DNA of 32,000 bases, from NCBI RefSeq assembly GCF_000009705.1, contig NC_003272.1:990001-1022000 (forward strand), read 5' to 3'. Position numbers and translations under genes: made by a program. Of this stretch, positions 28,047 through 32,000 are shown one piece after another; within the stretch, counting starts at the first letter, position 1; each line of letters opens with the position of its first letter. The stretch comes from Nostoc sp. PCC 7120 = FACHB-418 (GTDB lineage Bacteria > Cyanobacteriota > Cyanobacteriia > Cyanobacteriales > Nostocaceae). The notes below the pieces were generated by a model. The model had not been told where the DNA came from. It made no database searches and was given only the letters and a program-made list of their open reading frames with translations.

Positions 28047-28898
28047 ATGATAGAAAAGATTTTGCTAGCTGTTTCTGGATTGGGACACGCAGAAGAAATG
28101 CTCAAAACTTTGAAAGAAGTGCCATCAATCCAATCTGCAAAAGTTACAGTCCTGCACGTAGTTCCTTCTCAAGCAACATCTTCTGCCATGACAGATAAAT
28201 GGGAAGAAGGTGGCAAAATTCTGGCTAATGCAATTCAGGCTTTGAACTTAGATCCTAGCCAGGTTTCTTCGATTTTACGCCAAGGAGATCCTAAAGATGT
28301 TGTTTGTCAGGTTGCCGATGAAATTGACGCTGACTTAATTATTATGGGTTCACGCGGACTTAAGCGTCTGCAATCGATTTTATCAAACTCAGTTAGTCAG
28401 TATGTCTTTCAATTGTCTTCTCGCCCAATGTTGCTGGTTAAAGACGACATTTATGTCAAAAGAATTAAGCGCGTAATGGTAGCGATGGATAATTCTGACG
28501 CAGCAAAACATTGCTTAAATCTAGCTTTGTTCTTGTTGCGGGGTATTGTCGGTAGTCAATTAATTCTGGCTAATGTGACAACCGATTTGCGTGGTAAAAC
28601 CTCAGAAGTCTCGGAAATTAGCCCAGACAAAAATCCTGTTCTAGCTTCAGCCGTAGCAGAAGCACAAAGATATGGTATTCAAACTCGTTGCTTTACCAGT
28701 AGTGGCAAACCAGGAGAAGAAATCTGTCGTCTAGCAGACGAGTTGAACGTAGATTTATTATTACTCGGATCACCCGATCGCCGTCCATCCGTGGCTAAGA
28801 ATTTTGTCGATATAGACAGACTCATCGGCGCTTCACTGTCAGACTATGTGCGAGTTAATGCTAGCTGTCCTGTATTATTAGCGAGGACAACTGGTTAA
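28047..28898 (+). CDS. Universal stress protein with tandem USP domains
   Basis: Two USP-like halves begin MIEKILLAVSG... and RVMVAMDNSDAAKH..., each ending in a G-x2-G-x9-G(S/T)-like segment (IIMGSRG; LLLGSPD). The track ORF starts at an upstream TTG (27966), but the USP fold starts at ATG 28047. Confidence 0.85.
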   Translation: MIEKILLAVSGLGHAEEMLKTLKEVPSIQSAKVTVLHVVPSQATSSAMTDKWEEGGKILANAIQALNLDPSQVSSILRQGDPKDVVCQVADEIDADLIIMGSRGLKRLQSILSNSVSQYVFQLSSRPMLLVKDDIYVKRIKRVMVAMDNSDAAKHCLNLALFLLRGIVGSQLILANVTTDLRGKTSEVSEISPDKNPVLASAVAEAQRYGIQTRCFTSSGKPGEEICRLADELNVDLLLLGSPDRRPSVAKNFVDIDRLIGASLSDYVRVNASCPVLLARTTG

Positions 28899-29031
28899 CT
28901 AGGGGTGTAGGGGTGTGGTGAAGTAATTTACCTTCCCGTATGCTGATTTAGTTTTCAAGTCTTTCCCTTACACCCCTACCCCCTTATACCCTTATCCCCC
29001 CTACATTCCTCACCTAAACTTTCGACACGAA

Positions 29032-29061
29032 AAACCCCTCCACCATTAGGTACAGGGGTTT
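29032..29061 (-). terminator. Intrinsic terminator downstream of psbM (8-bp stem aaacccct/aggggttt, 14-nt loop, U-run on the minus strand)
   Basis: Read directly. It lies 22 nt after the psbM stop. Confidence 0.5.
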
Positions 29062-29082
29062 CTTATTTTATACAAAAATCAA

Positions 29083-29199
29083 TCAACTATCTTTTTTACC
29101 TTCGCGGCTGGCTGTTTGAATGTACAGAATTATTAAAAACACAGAGGGTACTAGTACGAACAGAATGCTCGCTACGAACCCTAAGTCATTAACTTGCAT
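29083..29199 (-). CDS. psbM: Photosystem II reaction centre protein M
   Basis: Not in the ORF track because it is too short. Hand translation gives [38 protein letters not shown], which matches the PsbM family (38 aa). Confidence 0.9.
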   Translation of the reverse strand: MQVNDLGFVASILFVLVPSVFLIILYIQTASREGKKDS

Positions 29200-29299
29200 G
29201 GCAAGAACGCCTCTCTTTAATTTCCAGTCAACAATTTTAGAATAGCATCAACGATGCCAGTGTTAGCTCTTTTTTTTTACTTCCTCAACTGCTTGTCTT

Positions 29300-29596
29300 T
29301 CAAGGTTTGGTTACTACACTTACTGGGCCATTTACTAAAGTTTGACAAGCCAAACGGTAATTAGCTGGCTTTTTCTTTAACATCCGATTTTCTACATCCG
29401 TCGGAGTAGAAAGATTTTCGATTCCTTCAACTATCTCAACAATACAAGTACCGCATTGGCCGACACCACCACAATTTGTGAGTTTGCCAAACAACTTATA
29501 AATATCAACGCCATTATCCATTGCCTTAAGCCGCAGATTTGCACCATCCGCAGCAATTACTTCTTTATCTTCTTTAACAAATTTGATATTACCCAT
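29300..29596 (-). CDS. 2Fe-2S ferredoxin-like protein (Fer2 fold)
   Basis: 98 aa. The cluster motif is [10 protein letters not shown], with a distal Cys in RLACQT. Confidence 0.85.
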   Translation of the reverse strand: MGNIKFVKEDKEVIAADGANLRLKAMDNGVDIYKLFGKLTNCGGVGQCGTCIVEIVEGIENLSTPTDVENRMLKKKPANYRLACQTLVNGPVSVVTKP

Positions 29597-29714
29597 AGCT
29601 GACTAATTCCTCGTTGACTGTAAGCGGGTCAAGCTTTACACCTATATTACTGAATCTACCTCAATTTATTACAAAAAATTAAGAATTATCAACATAGAGT
29701 AATTACAAAAAAAT

Positions 29715-29737
29715 AGGACAGGTAAACTACCTGTCCT
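29715..29737 (-). terminator. Intrinsic terminator of psbK (10-bp perfect stem aggacaggta/tacctgtcct, 3-nt loop, followed by U7 on the minus strand)
   Basis: Read directly. It lies 22 nt downstream of the psbK stop. Confidence 0.75.
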
Positions 29738-29758
29738 GGAAATTGACGATAGTTGAAC

Positions 29759-29896
29759 TTACCTAAATCCGACAGCTGCTTGCCATACAAAAGCAAGCAA
29801 TAAAAAGAAAACAGGAATAATTGGGAGAACATCGACCAGAGGATCGAAGATTTGGTAAGCTTCAGGCAGTTTTGCTAATAATAGTGCTGCTTCCAT
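29759..29896 (-). CDS. psbK: Photosystem II reaction centre protein K (precursor)
   Basis: Not in the ORF track because it is too short. Hand translation gives [45 protein letters not shown] (45 aa), which is canonical PsbK. Confidence 0.92.
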   Translation of the reverse strand: MEAALLLAKLPEAYQIFDPLVDVLPIIPVFFLLLAFVWQAAVGFR

Positions 29897-30118
29897 GTTT
29901 GTTTAAATCCACCTAATCCAACACAGCTTTCATAATTGAGATGTATCTTAACATGGATTGGGCAACGCCTTAGGGGAATTTAAAATTACAAAATTTAGCG
30001 CCATTCAGAGAGCAACTTGTATTTTTTTATGCTTCGGTCATCAGTCATTAGTTAGTAATTATTACCCTCTGCTCATACCAATTAACAAAAAACATGATGC
30101 TGATGAAAACTCTAAAAC

Positions 30119-32000
30119 CTATGCTGATTCACACTTTCTTAATTTTGCATTGGTATTAGTTGTTTCTCGACTTATTGCAGTATCAAAAGTCTGAATGGGT
30201 ATTTCGATGGTGAACTCTGTACCCATGCCTGGGCTAGAGGAGCAAAGTAATTGACCACCATGCTTTTCTACCACGATCGCGTAACTGATCGATAGTCCTA
30301 GACCTGTACCGCTACCCACTGGTTTAGTTGTAAAAAATGGGTCAAATATTTTACCGAGTACTGCATTGCTCATACCAGGGCCATTATCCGCAATGCGAAT
30401 TAGTATTGATTCTGCATTTTTGACCTCTGTAGAAATGGTAATTGTCGGCTGTTTCTCTCTCCCTGGTTGATTACTTACATCTTCTTGCAAAGCGTCTATG
30501 GCATTACTGAGGATGCTGATAAAGACTTGATTTAACTCGGAAGCATAACAGTAAATTTGTGGAATATTACCGTAGTTTTGTTTGACGGCTATAGGTAAGG
30601 ATTGCCTATTTTGTTTAAATTTGAGCCGATGTTGCAAAATTAACAACGTGCTATCAATACCAGAGTGAATATCTACTCGTTTAATTCCCGCTTCATCCAA
30701 TCGTGCAAACATCCGTAAAGAGGAAACAATCTCTTCTATGCGTTCCGCTCCAAAGCGCATAGATTTAAGCATTTTAGGCAAATCTTCAGTAATGAAATCT
30801 AGTTCCATATCTGAGATTTTTTGCTGAATTTCTGGTAGGGGTTGGGAATATAATTTTTGGTATAAATTAATCAACTCTAATAAGGAGTTAACGTATTCGG
30901 ATGTATAGGTCAAATTGCCGTAAATAAAGCTAACTGGGTTGTTAATTTCATGAGCAATACCAGCAACTAATTGACCCAGACTAGACATTTTTTCGGCTTG
31001 AACTAATTGCGATTGGGTTGAGGAAAGTTTTTGCAGTGCAGACTCTAATTGGTTGGCTTTTTCTTTTAATTCCTGAGTACGTTGCTCAACTTTTAATTCT
31101 AGATTTTGAGAGTATTCTGCTAGTTGGCCGTAAAGCTGGGCATTTTCTAGAGATATAGCAGCTTGCGCCATCAATAGGTTAATAACTTGTAGGCGATCGC
31201 TAGTAAATGCTCCTGTGGTTAAATGATTTTCTAGATATAGTATGCCCATCAATTTACCTTGCTTGATGATGGGAGTACATAACAAACTTTTAGGTTCTTT
31301 TTGTTGAATATAGGGATCTGAGATAAACAAATCCTCAGTTGTCGCATCATCAATCACTAAGGTTTGAGAGGTATGAGATACATAGTTAATTAAAGAGATG
31401 GGAATTTCGTCACTTTCTGCAATTGGGATTGATACCAAAATAGTTGATATGGGAACTTGATTGATTTTAGCGATCGCTTCAATTAATAATCTTTCATTTT
31501 TGAGTAAAACTAATACACATTTTTTCGCTCCCGCATTTTCAATTACCAATTCCATCAATGTAGAAAGTAATTTTTCCAGCTTAATTTCACTAGCTAGGGT
31601 TTGGGAAGCTTTAATGACACTAGACAAATCTAAGACATTAGAAATTGTCGTACTGTAATAATGAGTATTTTGTTGGGTTTGATGAATATGTGAGGAAGTA
31701 GAATCATTTTTGACAATTGTATCATTGGGGTTGAATATCAAATTTGAGCGTCGAGATAAGAGAGCAAACATCTGAGGATAGCGTTGCTCTAAATCCTTGA
31801 CTTTAGCTATAGCTCCCCAGCGTGTATAAGCATAATAAGCATCAGTAAAGTAAACTTGAGCTATTTTCTCTTTACCTGATTCCCAGTAAAATTTTGCTGC
31901 TAATTCACTGGCTAAAGCTTCTTCTTGTAAATATTTGTTTTCTTTAGCCTCGGCAATAGCGAGATCATAATAATTCATCGCCTCTAAATATTTACCAAGA
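30119..32000 (-). CDS. Sensor histidine kinase, GAF-HisKA-HATPase_c portion; the N-terminus continues beyond the window end
   Basis: H-box is AGIAHEINNP, and the ATP-lid motifs are DNGPGM and GTGLGLSI. A GAF-like region lies upstream. The reading frame stays open upstream of the track's ATG (31978) through position 32000 (...LGKYLEA-MNYYDLAIAEAK), so the ORF is 5'-truncated by the window. Confidence 0.88.
   Translation of the reverse strand, partial: LGKYLEAMNYYDLAIAEAKENKYLQEEALASELAAKFYWESGKEKIAQVYFTDAYYAYTRWGAIAKVKDLEQRYPQMFALLSRRSNLIFNPNDTIVKNDSTSSHIHQTQQNTHYYSTTISNVLDLSSVIKASQTLASEIKLEKLLSTLMELVIENAGAKKCVLVLLKNERLLIEAIAKINQVPISTILVSIPIAESDEIPISLINYVSHTSQTLVIDDATTEDLFISDPYIQQKEPKSLLCTPIIKQGKLMGILYLENHLTTGAFTSDRLQVINLLMAQAAISLENAQLYGQLAEYSQNLELKVEQRTQELKEKANQLESALQKLSSTQSQLVQAEKMSSLGQLVAGIAHEINNPVSFIYGNLTYTSEYVNSLLELINLYQKLYSQPLPEIQQKISDMELDFITEDLPKMLKSMRFGAERIEEIVSSLRMFARLDEAGIKRVDIHSGIDSTLLILQHRLKFKQNRQSLPIAVKQNYGNIPQIYCYASELNQVFISILSNAIDALQEDVSNQPGREKQPTITISTEVKNAESILIRIADNGPGMSNAVLGKIFDPFFTTKPVGSGTGLGLSISYAIVVEKHGGQLLCSSSPGMGTEFTIEIPIQTFDTAISRETTNTNAKLRKCESA

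Noticed and set aside
29958-30194. A 78-aa plus-strand ORF between psbK and the histidine kinase
   Set aside because: It overlaps the kinase 3' end and the psbK promoter region, and it resembles no family I recognise.

Overview
The window looks like chromosome from a heterocyst-forming (Nostoc/Anabaena-type) cyanobacterium. By eye it has about 20 HIP1 octamers (GCGATCGC) and heptamer STRR-type repeats in many intergenic spacers, and the gene content fits. From memory and unverified, the gene order resembles the Anabaena/Nostoc PCC 7120 all0862-alr0874 neighbourhood.

The first 12.7 kb is a carbon-concentrating-mechanism supercluster. It holds a CbbR/CmpR-type LysR regulator and the carboxysome operon ccmK2-ccmK1-ccmL-ccmM-ccmN-ccmO on the minus strand. 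Divergent from it is the NDH-1MS CO2-uptake operon ndhF3-ndhD3-cupA.

Downstream come:
- a 1237-aa NACHT (STAND) NTPase with 12 or more C-terminal HEAT-like repeats
- an HLIP gene
- a 1.5-kb ORF-free stretch
- an orphan nifH with no nifDK nearby
- housekeeping genes: a GH13 glucan hydrolase, DUF1823, acylphosphatase, GNAT, Zn-ADH, oligopeptidase A, DUF4278 and a tandem USP
- psbM, a 2Fe-2S ferredoxin-like gene and psbK; the two psb genes fall below the ORF-track length cutoff and were found by hand translation
- the C-terminal GAF-histidine kinase part of a larger sensor protein that runs off the window

I recognised no rRNA, tRNA, CRISPR array, transposase or integrase. I do not see a convincing multi-gene novel system.

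The items most worth follow-up are:
- the single-gene NACHT-HEAT NLR-like protein, which sits where cupS is found in other cyanobacteria
- the duplicated ATAG-N8-CTAT dyads plus an NtcA-type box upstream of the LysR gene
- the orphan nifH and the gene-decay-like region in front of it
- an orphan intrinsic terminator in a 0.9-kb intergenic region, which may mark a small RNA
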